Shown here: piece by piece, positions 1 to 29,473 of the stretch | Layout: the number at the start of each line of letters is the position of its first letter | Numbering within the stretch: the first letter of the stretch is position 1 | Assembly: GCF_021869535.1 (NCBI RefSeq) | Contig: NW_026262593.1 | Coordinates: 28,458,001-28,522,000, forward strand | Length of the DNA: 64,000 bases | Origin: Mytilus californianus | Taxonomy: Eukaryota | Direction: 5' to 3' | The notes under the pieces: model-generated | Databases searched by the model: none | Told to the model about the DNA's origin: nothing | Seen by the model: only the letters and a program-made list of their open reading frames with translations | Program-made: the position numbers and the translations under genes

Positions 1-389
1 TACACTTTCATCCGTTGATGAAGTCGTCTGTTGCCAATTTTATCCCAAAATACCTTTATCAATAAAAGCGGAACCAGTCCATTACAGACTTACACCTGGC
101 CGTTATGAATGAGCTGCGCCATTCTGAACGAAATGAGCCATTATGGATTTTGAGTTGTTATCAATTTAAATACATATTATGGGAAAATAAAGTATTATGA
201 AATTAAGAATTCTAAAGAATAAATATCTTATTTGACCCATAGGAAAAAATAATGTCTTTTAATAAAAATCTTTTTAGAATAAATTAAGATGAAAAATAGA
301 TTACAAGCCAAAATTCATTCAACTTTAATTTTTGTTCCATAAAATAGTTTTGCAAGCGGGTGTATCTTTGATCACTAGATCATCTATTT

Positions 390-890
390 ATATTTCTACC
401 CCCACATTCATGGTAAAGCGGAGGTATGTAGTGATGGGAGTCCGTATGTCCGGCTGTCCATCCGTCTTATAGTCCGTTTGTCTGTCAGTTCGTTCTTCCT
501 GTACGATATGTTTCACTTTTGTATCCACAACTCCAACCTCCTTAATCACTTATCATAAGGAAATTAAACCTCATATTCCTTACCATACAATGCCATTTTG
601 CACTTCATATTTTGTTTTTGGTCAAAAATTTTTTTGGAGTTTCTATTTCTTAAACATGAACTTTGCAATTGCTTCATATGGGGTACCCATATTGTATCCA
701 CAACTCCTCCTAAACCACTTATCATGATTTGATGAATCTTTCTTAGAATTGTTATCAAATAAGGCCATTGTGTAACTCATATTTGGTTTAGGGTTAAAAT
801 ATTTCATGGAATTCTATAGTAAATATCTCTTTTCAAGATAATGGAAAACCAATCTTTCTGAAAGGTATTTGTGTCTGTCTCTTAGAGACA
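390..890 (+). mobile_element. Degenerate HINE/MITE-like element
   Basis: T-run plus ctacccccac start, decayed (GTCC)n tract at 440-495, duplicated tgtatccacaactcc motif; 3' end not clearly visible. Confidence 0.35.
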
Positions 891-1236
891 AAGTAATAAA
901 TACATACACTTCCTCGATTTAAATGACTTTTGTAATCATAAAAGTAGGTACAATATCATTACATCAATTATGTGAAAAGCTGGGACATTTTAGTGACCCC
1001 AACCGATATTTGACACACATTAATTCTTCCCCTTTTTTGCGAACCCACTCAAAATTCCAGGATCTCTTATTTTTATACGACCGCAAAAATTAAAAATTTT
1101 TTGGTCGCATATTGGTATGACGTTGGCGTCGTCGTCGTCGTCGTCGTTGTCGTCGTCGTCGTCGTCGTCGTCCGGCGTCGTCCGGCGTCGTCCGAAGACA
1201 CATTGGTTTTCGCACTCTAACTTTAGTTTAAGTGAA

Positions 1237-1790
1237 TGGATCTCCATGAAATTTCACCATAAGGTTCAATACCACAAAAGGAAGGTTGGGATTGATTTTG
1301 GGGGTTATGGTACCAAAGGTTAAGGAATTAGGGGCCAAAAAGGGGCCAAAAATAAGCATTTTTGTAACTTTCAGACAATAACTTGTGTGTAAGTGTATGG
1401 ATCTCTCTGACATTGTACCACAAGGTTCCATATCACAAAGGGAAGGCTGTAATTGATTTTGGGGGTAATTGCCTCAAAATTTTAGGAATTAGGGGCCAAA
1501 AAAGGGGCAAAAAACAAGCATTTTTCTAGTTTCATGACAATAACTTGTGTGTAAGTGTTTGGATATTTCTGAAATTGTACTACAAGGTTCCATATCACAA
1601 AGGGAAAGCTGGAATTGAGTTTGGGGGTAATTGCCCGAAACGTTTAGGAATTGGGGGCCAAAAAGGGGCCAAAAATAAGCATTTTTCTAGTTTACAGACA
1701 ATAACTTGTGTTCAAGTGTATGGATCTCTCTGAAATTGTACTGCAAGGTACCATACCACAAAGGGAAGGCTGGGATTGAGTTTGGGGGTG
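1237..1790. repeat. 161-162 bp tandem repeat, about 3.4 copies, inside HINE
   Basis: tggat..ctgaaattgtac anchor at 1237, 1398, 1560, 1721. Confidence 0.9.
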
Positions 1791-1984
1791 ATGAATCATA
1801 AGGGGGTTCAAAAAATTTGGGGGGGGGGATTTTTTTTTTTTTTTTTTTTCTTTTTTTCCTTTTTTTTTTCTTTTAAAATTTTCCATTTTAAGTTGGTTAT
1901 TTCTGATTTATATTTAAAAGCAAATAATAATGATATGGTAGGAGATACACACCAAACAGGATGTGTAAATTATTATATAATAAG

Positions 1985-2205
1985 TATTGTGAAATAGCAA
2001 GAAATTTTCAATTGCACAGTATTGCACAATAGCAAGAAATCTTCAATTGCACAGTATTGCGCAATAGCAAGAAATCTTCAATTTAACAGTATTGCGCAAT
2101 AGCAAGAAATATCCAATAGCACAATATTGCGCAATAGCAAGAAATTGTCAATTGTACAGTATTGCGCAATAGCAAGAAATATTCAATTGCACAGTATTGT
2201 GCAAA
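1985..2205. repeat. 35-bp minisatellite, 6 copies, inside HINE
   Basis: aatagcaagaaat anchor at 1993, 2028, 2063, 2098, 2133, 2168. Confidence 0.95.
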
Positions 2206-2239
2206 AGAAGATACTTCGTATAAATTGCTTATTTCTTGA

Positions 2240-3775
2240 TCAATTTCAATGGGGTTTTATTCTTGAATTCTTGGGGTTCTTTAATATGCTGAATCTAACC
2301 GTGTATTAAGTTTTTGGATTTTGGGCCCCGTTTTTAAATTGGTCCACATTGAGGTCCAAAGGGTCCAAAATTAAACTTTGTTTGATTTCATCAAAAATTG
2401 AATTATTGGGGTTCTTTGATATGCCGAATCTAACCGTGTATTTAGATTTTTAATTTTGGGTCCCGTTTTTTAAATTTGTCTACATTAAGGTCTAAAGGGT
2501 CCAAAATTAAACTTAGTTTGATTTTAACAAAAATTGAATTCTTAGGGTTCTTTGATATGCTGAATCTAAACATGTGTTTAGATTTTTGATTATGGGCCCA
2601 GTTTTCAAGTTGGTCCAAGTTGGGGTCCAAAATTAAACTTTGTTTGATTTCAACAAAAATTGAATATATGGGGTTCTTTGATATGCTGAATCTTACCATG
2701 TATTTAGATTTTAGATTTTTGGCCCAGTTTTCAAGTTGGTCCAAATTGGGGTCCAAAATTAAACTTTGTTTGATTTCAACAAAAATTGAATATATGGGGT
2801 TCTTTGATATGCTGAATCTTACCATGTATTTAGATTTTTTATTTGTGGGCCCGCTATCAAATTGGTTCATATTGAGGTCAAAAGGGTCCAAAATTAAACT
2901 TTGTTTGATTTCATCAAAAATTGAATTATTGGGGTTCTTTGATATGCCAAATCTAACCGTGTATTTAGATTTTTAATTTTGGGTCCTGTTTTTTAAATTG
3001 CTCTACATTAAGGTCCAAAGGGTCCAAAATTAAACTTAGTTTGATTTTAACAAAAATTGAATTTTTGGGGTTCTTTGATATGCTGAATCTAAACATGTGT
3101 TTAGATTTTTGATTATGGGACCAGTTTTCAAGTTGGTCCAAGTTGGGGTCCAAAATTAAACTTTGTTTGATTTCAACAAAAATTGAATATATGGGGTTCT
3201 TTGATATGCTGAATCTAAACATGTATTTAGATTTTAGATTTTTGGCCCAGTTTTCAAGATGGTCCAAATTGGGGTCCAAAATTAAACTTTGTTTGATTTC
3301 AACAAAAATTGAATATATGGGGTTCTTTGATATGCTGAATCTTACCATGTATTTAGATTTTTTATTTGTGGGCCCGCTATCAGATTGGTTCATATTGAGG
3401 TCAAAAGGGTCCAAAATTAAACTTTGTTTGATTTCATCAAAAATTGAATTATTGGGGTTCTTTGATATGCCAAATCTAACTGTGTTTTTAGATTTTTAAT
3501 TTAGGGTCCCGTTTTTTAAATTTGTCTACATTAAGGTCCAAAGGGTCCAAAATTAAACTTAGTTTGATTTTAACAAAAATTGAATTCTTCGGGTACTTTG
3601 ATATGCTGAATCTAACACATGTTTAGATTTTTGATTATGGGACCAGTTTTCAAGTTTGTCCAAGTTGGGGTCCAAAATTAAACTTTGTTTGATTTCAACA
3701 AAAATTGAATATATGGGGTTCTTTGATATGCTGAATCTAACCATGTATTTTGATTTTGGACATTGGACCATAATA
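2240..3775. repeat. 126-136 bp satellite with 523-bp 4-mer higher-order repeat, inside HINE
   Basis: gggtccaaaattaaact anchor at 2361, 2497, 2623, 2749, 2884, 3020, 3146, 3272, 3407, 3543, 3668. Confidence 0.93.
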
Positions 3776-4572
3776 GGTAAATTAAAAAAATTGAAGTTCT
3801 AAGACCACATTCTTTCTGTGTCAGAAACCTATGCTGTGTCAAATATTTAATCACAATCCAAATTCAGAGCTGTATCAAGCTTGAATGTTGTGTCCATACT
3901 TGCCCCAACTGTTCAGGGTTCGACCTCTGCGGTCGTATCAAGCTGCGCCCAGCGAAGCATTTTATTGTTTTTTAACTAACTCAGTGAATTCAAAGTTCAT
4001 CTTATGGGTAATTGAGTTTTTCACTGTTGTTTTGTTGCTGTCTTAAGCTTGTGGACGAATATCTGAAATCTTCGTTTAATCATCAGTAATATTAATGGCT
4101 ATATTTTGGGTAATTCAAGCACTCATTTCTTCACATAGAAACAACTATTCGAATCTGAGCATGGAAAGAATACTTTATATCACGAACTATAAATGTGGAT
4201 AAAAAGTTGAAAAACAAAACAAAATTGTTTATCCTGCAATGCATGAAAAAAATGTGGTGTAATACAGTAACTAACACATGTTCTCAGTTGATGGTAAACA
4301 CGTAGTAGTCCATCATGCATTGTTACCCATTTATTGGATTGGTCAAAAACCCAGGTAAAGAAAAACGCGTCATACTTAAATAAACAATTATATAATTTGC
4401 GAGGACATTATAGTATACTAATTTATGCATACCCATACACGGAAGCGTTCCCGACCTGTTTAAAGAGGTGACATTTGAATGTCAAAGGTTAAATTAATGG
4501 CAATACACAGCCATATAATCTATAATTAGCTAATTCAGATTCTAAAGGACTACCGGTAATTTCGTTCTATCT

Positions 4573-4768
4573 TTGATTGATTGTTGATGTTTAACACCAT
4601 TTTCAGCACTCTTGTCTATTTTATTATATTGGTGGAGGATGCTGGAGTCCCTGAAGTGAACCATCAAACTTTGGCAGAAAAATTACCATACTAGTCCATT
4701 GAGACGGAGTGGAATCCACCTTGCCATGATCGCGGTTTCAAACACACAACCTCTGTGTTGTCATAGGA
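4573..4768 (-). mobile_element. Degenerate tRNA-derived SINE, same family as 11179-11420
   Basis: (GATT) tail, tttcagcact and attggtggagga blocks are the reverse complement of the 11179-11420 copy. Confidence 0.55.
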
Positions 4769-4927
4769 ACAGAACACTGACAAATACAATACACAAGTCA
4801 CTTTTGTCATTAAATTTTCAAATGTTCTGCAAAAATATGTTTTAATAAGTTATTTGAGGTGTTGTACATGTATCTTTCTTTTATATTCAGAGTAAATTGC
4901 TAACCGCTTTAGTTTATTTACCAACAG

Positions 4928-21896
<16,969 letters not shown>

Positions 21897-23362
21897 GCCA
21901 ATGACAGAAGAGTTTAGAGGAAACGTGCAATAGAAAAGAGTCTATAAATAGACACCACACCAAGGAACTTTGTTGAGCGTAGAAACTGCTGTTGGAGTTA
22001 GAATTCTTCACATTTCTATAACAACGATTTCTCAGCTGATGGTTGTACTCAAATAGAAAATACTGTGCATACATACAAGGGACCATAAATGTTGATATGA
22101 TTATACTTTTGTTTAAGATGTTTTTCATGAGAAAAAGTGCTCCTTTTTTGACAGAAAGGATATTTGCCTATGTTTCCATATTGTCTAAAATCCTTAATTA
22201 TTATTCTTTTTTAATCAAGTTTGATGAAATCATATTTTTGCCCATTTAAGTTGTCAATTTCTGTTATGTGAAAATTTTCAGTGAAAAATTAAACAATAAG
22301 GGGAAGCACAAGAGCAAGTCGTAAAAACAGAAAAAAGTATGTTTTATGTCAATTTGTCTTAGATAAAAACAAGCTGCTTAAGTGATATTATTACATTTTA
22401 TCATTGTTCCTTCCAGGCCTTTTTATTAAGTATTTTTGTTCCACAGTGCTTTTTTCTTCTACCTCAGTGGGATATTATTAGTTACACAGTGTGCTAGTGA
22501 CCTAATACGATATATATGGGGTCAGTAAATTCCATATGGGGTTCGAGCGAAGAAGTTTTATAAAGGGACTTAACACCACTACTAAATGTGTACTAAAATA
22601 AACCATGCCTACTAACCCCATGTGAAATATACAGGGTCCCCATGCGGTTGTTCTTAACCAATGATTTTCCTAGAAATGTATAGGAGGTAAGATCATTTCT
22701 GGTACAGTACTTTTTTCCAAATTCCATCTACAAGTGTGTGGAGTTCTTTCTGATTCACTTTTTAAAACTTTTATAATAACCAAGAAAAGAATTATAAATA
22801 GAGTTAACAATTTAAAACACTAAATACTCAAAATAGGACCACATGGATGTTATAAACTTCGGGGAGAAATGTGGTGAATTTTCACTGAAGAATGTTTTCT
22901 CTTGTTTTTTTTTTTAATAATGAATAGACTGTTGTTTGAGATATTGCAAATATACTGAAAAGATGTGTAGCCCAGTTTCAGGAAATGTGAGAATAATTCA
23001 CCAAATGATTATTTCTCCTTCCCTCAAAAATATGTACTCAATTAATATATATAATTGCTAGTATCATTCTCTTTAAAACTAATGGATTCTAAATGAATTC
23101 AATGCATACATGTACTTTGTTTCTTTTATATGATAAAAGGGAGAACAGTTTCTTAGACCAAAAAATGGTCCAAAATATTTAATGAATCATCTCTCCTGAA
23201 AACTATGCTTAAAAATCCGAGGTAGGCTTTAAATGTATTTACCAATTAAAAAAGATTTAGATTTTGAGAAAATATTTAAATCGTGTCCTGTATGTCAATA
23301 TGAATTAAATATTTTGGCATTAGTCAGTAAAAGGTTGGCTCTTTTGAATTTTCAAATTGTCC

Positions 23363-23865
23363 CATCTTCACTAGCCAAGGGTTACAATCCAGTCCCCGCC
23401 TCTCCACCCTTGGCAGATTAAGCCAACATTTGTGATTACAATGCTGTACCATCTAACGATAGATAAAAGTCACACCCATTCCGACTACGTCGTTCTTGAC
23501 TAATGGCAGCAACTCTCTTCAGTGTGGAGGTGTAAAAATGGTTGTGTCTAGTGTTTCGTGAAGCAGGAACCGAAAATATACATTGACATTCCAACATTTC
23601 CACTAGAAACATACCCAGATTGTTGATTAAGAACTCTAAAATTGTCACAAAATATCGTCCTATGTTTTGGGGGTAAAGACTTGTTGCACAATCAGCACAT
23701 GTTTATTTACATTTTCTACATTTACACGTGATCATCTTAAAGGCACTTTTTTATTGGATGCAGCCAGTTATAAATGGAAATCATTACCTCTTGGATCCAA
23801 AATTCTATAATCTGCCAAGGGTGGAGAGGACGGGACTGGATCGTATCTCTTAGCTAGCGAAGATG
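23363..23865. mobile_element. MITE with 58-bp TIRs and probable 9-bp TSD (Mutator-like)
   Basis: 23363-23420 is near-identical to the reverse complement of 23808-23865; flanks aaattgtcc / aaattgttt. Confidence 0.8.
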
Positions 23866-25862
23866 AAATTGTTTATCTATATCAGAAAAGGTATTCTCAA
23901 GTACATTTTAATGGTTTGTGCTATTTTTCAGCATTATCTCCAACACTTTTTGCTAAGGTTATAAGCTTGCTTTACAACTGAAATTTGGATAATCTTATGT
24001 TGCCATAAATCAAATATTTTTAAGAAAAAAGAATAGAAATTAATTTATTAAAGTTTTTTTTCAAGCCAGCTACCATTATTATGATTCAGTGATAGTAAAG
24101 TATAAAAACAGTGTCGCTTAAATTTTGTTGAACAATATGCTTTTTGAAGAAATAAAATCATAACCAGTCTTTTAGTGAATTGATGAACAAATTTAAGCCA
24201 TATTGAGCAATACGAAAAAGACTTTTTGTATCATAACTAATTACAGCATGTCCCTTGTTTAGCATTATAAATGTGATGAAATATTGGAATATAAATAGCT
24301 GCTATAACATACAATTGTGAAAAACACTGTTTTAAGAATCATGTGTAAAAATTAATGGAATTTTGAAAGGTTGTCTTCTGGTGAACAGATATTTGAGGCA
24401 TTTTGGTGCTTTTTGAAACAAATATATATACTATTGTTAAATGTTTGATATAAATATACACAAATTTAATATTTTTTAAAGTAATGTTGTTAAATTTCTG
24501 AATGTTTTTATATTCTTGGCTTCAATTAATGTTTTAGAAATTCTAAATTTCTATTTAAATGTCCTACCTGTGGAAATCGGGCATTTTATGTTTGTCTCAC
24601 CTATGATCAAGATTGTCGTCCATGTAACCTTTTATAGATGTTTAATATGTTTTTGCATTAGCATCCCTGCATTTCCTTTTAGGATTATGTGATGCTCTCT
24701 ACCCCCTTTTTATACTTCACTTTTTTGTCCTGATATGTATGTAATATTTGCCACTGGATGTAAAACACCAATCCATCCATTCACACATTCTTCAGTGACT
24801 TTGAAAGTTTCACATAAATATGATAAATCCTTTGGTCAAGATATCAAATGATGATTATATTTGTTTATAGGTTATGAAAACTTTCTATAACAAATTGTTC
24901 AAAACCTTTTTGACCTGCAACTTTTTTAAAGGAAAGATTGTGTCAGACTTAGATCTTCTTTTATTTGAATACATCATCATAGCTAGAAAATTGCAAAAAT
25001 AAGTTGCAGAAAAGGAGACCCTTTAACACGGAAACAAGTATCTACAGAGGTAAATTGTTTTACAGTATCTGAAATCATAGTGTTAGTGTACTTTGTTGTA
25101 ACTTGCAAATTATGGGATATCCCATGCAAATTTGTTTTCCCAGAATAGTTTCATGGGTATTCTTGGTAAATGTTAGCTTTTTTAAAAATTGAATTCAAAA
25201 TTTATACTCAGCTATGTATATAGGTACAAGAGAACCATTTTCAAAATCAGATACTCTACCATATTTCTAATATAGTCACTTAATGTAAATGCTGGTTCAT
25301 TTATGCAGCAAAGTTTTGTAGAATTTGATACATTTTTGCAACACATTAATATGGCTCTCTCTAAGTGTCAGAATAACCTGTCATAACATTAAGACATTCA
25401 TCTCCACTGCAGATTTTCTACTGTTGTATTCTCAGGTTGTTTAATTTGTGTTACATTTCTGACATTCAAATAAGTAATGAAATACATCTTCATTGTTATT
25501 GTAAAATGAATGTTAAGAATATTATTGTTGATATACATGTATTTATATTTCTCATAGATTTGTATGATAACCACACATTTTATACATAAAAAATACAAAC
25601 ATTTCTGTAATTATTTTCTTTTGCCATTTTAAGTCCAGGTTTGGATTTAAATTTGGTTTTTTGGGGAGTTTTTACTTTTTCAATGTTTATATTATGTTTT
25701 GGACTTTCAAATATTTTGCCCTTGAGCATCACTTAAGAGACTACAATTGTCAAAATGTACAACTGGTGCAGTAAAATTGGTACCTTTAATCTTATAAATC
25801 ACCCTAACATTATTTTCATAATTTGTGTCCATATTCATGCCAATGATCTCTTCCTCTCTTGC

Positions 25863-25998
25863 CAGTGGCGGATCCAGAACTTTTGATAAAGGGGGGCCAG
25901 CTCCAGTCATGCTTCAGTGATTCCCTATATAATCAACCAAATTTTTCCCACAAAAGGGGGGGCCCGGGCCCCCCAGGGCCCCCCTGGATCTGCCTATG
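25863..25998. mobile_element. Short GC-rich MITE with apparent 5-bp TSD
   Basis: TIR cagtggcggatccag / ctggatctgcctatg (12/15); cttgc on both sides. Confidence 0.75.
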
Positions 25999-26083
25999 CT
26001 TGCTTTGCTTACAGTTAGTATTCCTTACCAAGCCTGAGACTTTTAAGAGTAAGTTAAAACTGATTGTCTCATAGAATGACATA

Positions 26084-26231
26084 CAATCAAACCTGAGAAA
26101 CCCGACCTCACAAGAGAGGTGACCTTTATTTGAGGTTCAAACTGCCCAAATATTGCTACAGCAGGAAAAGAAGGAGGTGACTAAGACAGGTTTTCGATTA
26201 AAAGAGGTGACCTTTATAGCAGGTTTGATTG
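26084..26231. mobile_element. Tc1/mariner-type MITE
   Basis: Perfect 12-bp TIR caatcaaacctg / caggtttgattg with TA on both sides. Confidence 0.8.
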
Positions 26232-26339
26232 TATTTTCCTGCAGTCTATTATCTTGTGAGGTATCACATTCATTTTACAATTGCTGTAACTGTTTAAATC
26301 CAAAAATATTGTGGACCAGTATAATATACTGTAAAAAAA

Positions 26340-27650
26340 ATCTTTATTACTTTGAGTCACTGTGTTAACTCTGATGTGTAAGGCTTCTCATTAGATTCCT
26401 ACAGATGGACTACTGCTTAATCAACAAATCCCTAACCTTTGTTTTACTCTTTATTACTTTGAGTGTTAACCCTGATGTGAAATGCTTCTCATTAGATTCC
26501 TACAGGTGGACTACTGCTTAATCAACAAATCCCTAACCTTCGTTCAACTCTTTATTACTTTGAGTGTAAATCCTGATGTGAAAGGCTTCTCATAAGATTC
26601 CTACAGGTGGACTACTGCTTAATCAACAAATCCCTAACCTTCGTTCAACTCTTTATTACTTTGAGTGTTAACCCTGATGTGAAATGCTTCTCATTAGATT
26701 CCTGCAGGTGGACTACTACTTCCTCAACAAATCCCTAACCTTCTTTCAACTCTTTATTACTTTGAGTGTTAACTCGATGTGAAAGGCTTCTCATTAGATT
26801 CCTACAGGTGCACTACTACTTCCTCAATAATTCCCTAACCTTTGTTCAACTCTTTATTACTTTGAGTGTTAACCCTGATGTGAAAGGCTTCTCATTAGAT
26901 TCCTACAGGTGGACTTCTACTTCCTCAATAAATCCCTAACCTTTGTTCAACTCTTTATTACTTTGAGTGTTAACCCTGATGTGAAAGGCTTCTCATTAGA
27001 TTCCTACAGGTGGACTACTGCTTCTTCAATAAATCCCTAACCTTTGTTCAACTCTTTATTACTTTGAGTGTTAACCCTGATGTGAAAGACTTCTCATTAG
27101 ATTCCTACATGTGGACTACTGCTTCCTCAATAAATCCCTAACATTTGTTCAACACTTAATTACTTTGAGTGTTAACCCTAATGTGAAATGATTCTCATTA
27201 GATTCCTACAGGTGGACTACTACTTCCTCAATAAATCCCTAACCTTTGTTCAACTCTTTATTACTTTGAGTGTTAACCCTGATGTGAAAGGCTTCTCATT
27301 AGATTCCTACAGGTGGACTACTACTTCCTCAATAAATCCCTAACCCTTGTTCAACTCTTTATTACTTTGAGTGTTAACCCTGATGTGAAAGGCTTCTCAT
27401 TAGATTCCTGCAGGTGGACTACTACTTACTCAATAAATCCCTAACCTTTGTTCAACTCTTTATGACTTTGAGTGTTAACCCTGATGTGAAAGGCTTCTCA
27501 TTAGATTCCTGCAGGTGGACTACTACTTACTTAATAAATCCCTAACCTTTATTAAACTCTTTATTACTTTGAGTCACTGTGTTAACTCTGATGTGAAATG
27601 CTTCTCATTAGATTCCTTCAGGTGGACTACTACTTACTCAATAAATCCCA
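26340..27650. repeat. 101-bp minisatellite, about 13 copies
   Basis: ctgatgtg anchor every 101 bp from 26371 to 27481, last unit at 27588. Confidence 0.97.
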
Positions 27651-28089
27651 ATATTTACGATATTTAGAAATGGTTTTACTTATTTCTGATAAGTATATTC
27701 CTGTTGTTAAACTTTTTATTTTTGAAATTCTTGCCTTCATTGAAATATGAGACATCCCTGCAATTATTTAAACATAGAACCAACTAAGAAATGTACATTT
27801 ATAGCAAACAATACAACAGAATACCACCAATTAGAGGAAATTAACAATTTGAAAGGAAACGTTATCTAGTTTGTAATAAGTTTGTGTATGATACAGAAGA
27901 TTACCATGAGAAATCCTAAATTGAATACTTAATCTTCAAAAAGGAACAAATATAAAGTAATTACAAGAGTGCACATGCTAAAATGTCTTGCTTGCTTTAC
28001 TTATCATGATTGAATTTATGTTGAAAGTCTGTAATATGAAGGTTTTACTACAGATAAGACATAAACCTAACATTATCAATGATCAATGT

Positions 28090-28664
28090 ACATGTAGTCA
28101 AGGTCAGATGAACCTGCCAGTATACCTTACAATCATGCTATACACCAAAACAAAAGTTAACCATAGAATCTGATAAACGGACAAAACCATTAAAACTACA
28201 TTGGCCAATGGACCATGGAAATGAGGTCAAGGTCATATGAATCCTGCCAGTCAGACATGTACACCTTTATCACTGATCCATTAAAAAGATATCAAAGGGA
28301 CATTCAAGCTTACAAGTCGAAAATAAACTGACCATGCCATGGCTAAAAAAGAAATAAGGTCGGAGGTCAGGTCACCCTTGTCTGACAGACATGTAGACCT
28401 TGCAAGGAACCCATTTACCAAATATAGTTATGATATTACTCATAATAAAAGAGTATTTCACAACAAAAACTAAAACAATGTCAAGCAGTCGCTAAACCAA
28501 ATATTAGGTTAAAAACGATTGACATATGACAGACGAAACTTCGTAAAATAAGACATCTACATACAAGGTATGAAGCATCCAGGTCTTTTACCTTCTGAAA
28601 TATAAAGCTTTTATTAAACCGGAAATGTATCACATTTTGCGGCTTTCGTCGCAGACGAGACAAC
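28090..28664 (-). mobile_element. Diverged partial HINE related to 17153-18482
   Basis: 28535-28615 is the reverse complement of 17230-17310; gaccttgac-type units at 28090-28400; 5' end gttgtctcgtctgcgac on the minus strand. Confidence 0.6.
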
Positions 28665-29473
28665 AACTAGAGGCGCTGAAGAGCCTGTGTCGTGCACCTA
28701 GGTCTATGTGCATCTTCAACAATGGACACTCCCCAACATTGTGGACAAGAATAGAGTTCATGACAAAAATCTCTTTTTTGTTGATCTTGTATTGCTGCTA
28801 TTTCTTTTCTGTTGAAAGTTTTTCTCTTTCTTCTTTTGCCCAAAACAAAAAAAGTGTAAAAAAAATTGCGATTTAAGAGCAATAAAGGGTCGTCAGACGA
28901 TTTCAACAAAGTGAACTGATTTATAGATCTTGTCTTGCTGATCATTTTCGTTTATTTAAGTTTCCATCTATCTATTACAATTTTTGAGATATTAGGCAAA
29001 TACGCAAAAAAATATTAAAATCGTCATTAAAGGGCAATAACTCCAATAAGGTGTCGTCTGACGATTAAGACCATGTTGACATATTTTAGATCTTGTCTTG
29101 CTGATCATTTTTGCTGTTTAAAGTTTCTCTCTATCTATTATTATTTTCAAAATATTAGGCAAAAAATGAAAAATATTGGTAAAATTCTTTGATTAAGAGC
29201 AATAACTCCTATAAAAAGTCGTCTGACAGTTTTGAATTTGTAAAGGATAATTGGTAAATCTCATCATTCTGAACAATTCTGCCCCGTCAGATTACTCTAT
29301 TCATAGTGGTTTTCAAGATAATAGACGAAATTTTCATTTTACTCCTATGTTCAATTTCTAGCCATGTCGGTCATGAGGAGGAGAACATTTTTGTAAAAGT
29401 TAACGACGACGGACGACGGATGCCAAGTGATGAGAAAAGCTCACTTGGACCTCTGGGCCAGGTGAGCTAAAAA
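28665..29473 (-). mobile_element. HINE of the tttttagctcacctgg family
   Basis: Minus-strand 5' tttttagctcacctggcccagaggtccaagtgagc..(GTCC/GTC)n; 3' cgacacaggctcttcagcgcctctagtt hairpin end; internal 155-165 bp units. Confidence 0.75.

Larger units (their letters stand above)
1069..3962 (+). mobile_element. Non-autonomous Helentron (HINE) with internal tandem arrays, intronic in PIK3CA
   Basis: 5' subTIR ttttatacgaccgca (1071-1085); 3' subTIR tgcggtcgtat (3928-3938) followed by hairpin gctgcgc-cca-gcgaagc (3942-3958); (GTC)n near the 5' end; T-rich flanks. Confidence 0.8.

Noticed and set aside
2442-3771. Repeated 149-aa and 118-aa ORFs
   Set aside because: They arise from the 523-bp HOR satellite inside a HINE, occur on both strands, and show no protein similarity.
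4891-4927. Alternative acceptor ttatattcag at 4890 extending the first exon (ORF 4897)
   Set aside because: With the expected phase-1 intron it would read GAG TAA. The 4927 acceptor restores the conserved G118-equivalent junction. The upstream exon is outside the window, so this is not fully proven.
21897-25000. PIK3CA polyadenylation site
   Set aside because: There are several AATAAA hexamers in very AT-rich DNA, and none can be chosen without transcript data.
26340-27650. Possible CRISPR array or ribozyme array (ctgatg..gaaa motif)
   Set aside because: Units are similar along their whole length with no unique spacers, and the context is eukaryotic. CUGAUGU/CUAAUGA lack the hammerhead core and stem II-GAAA arrangement.
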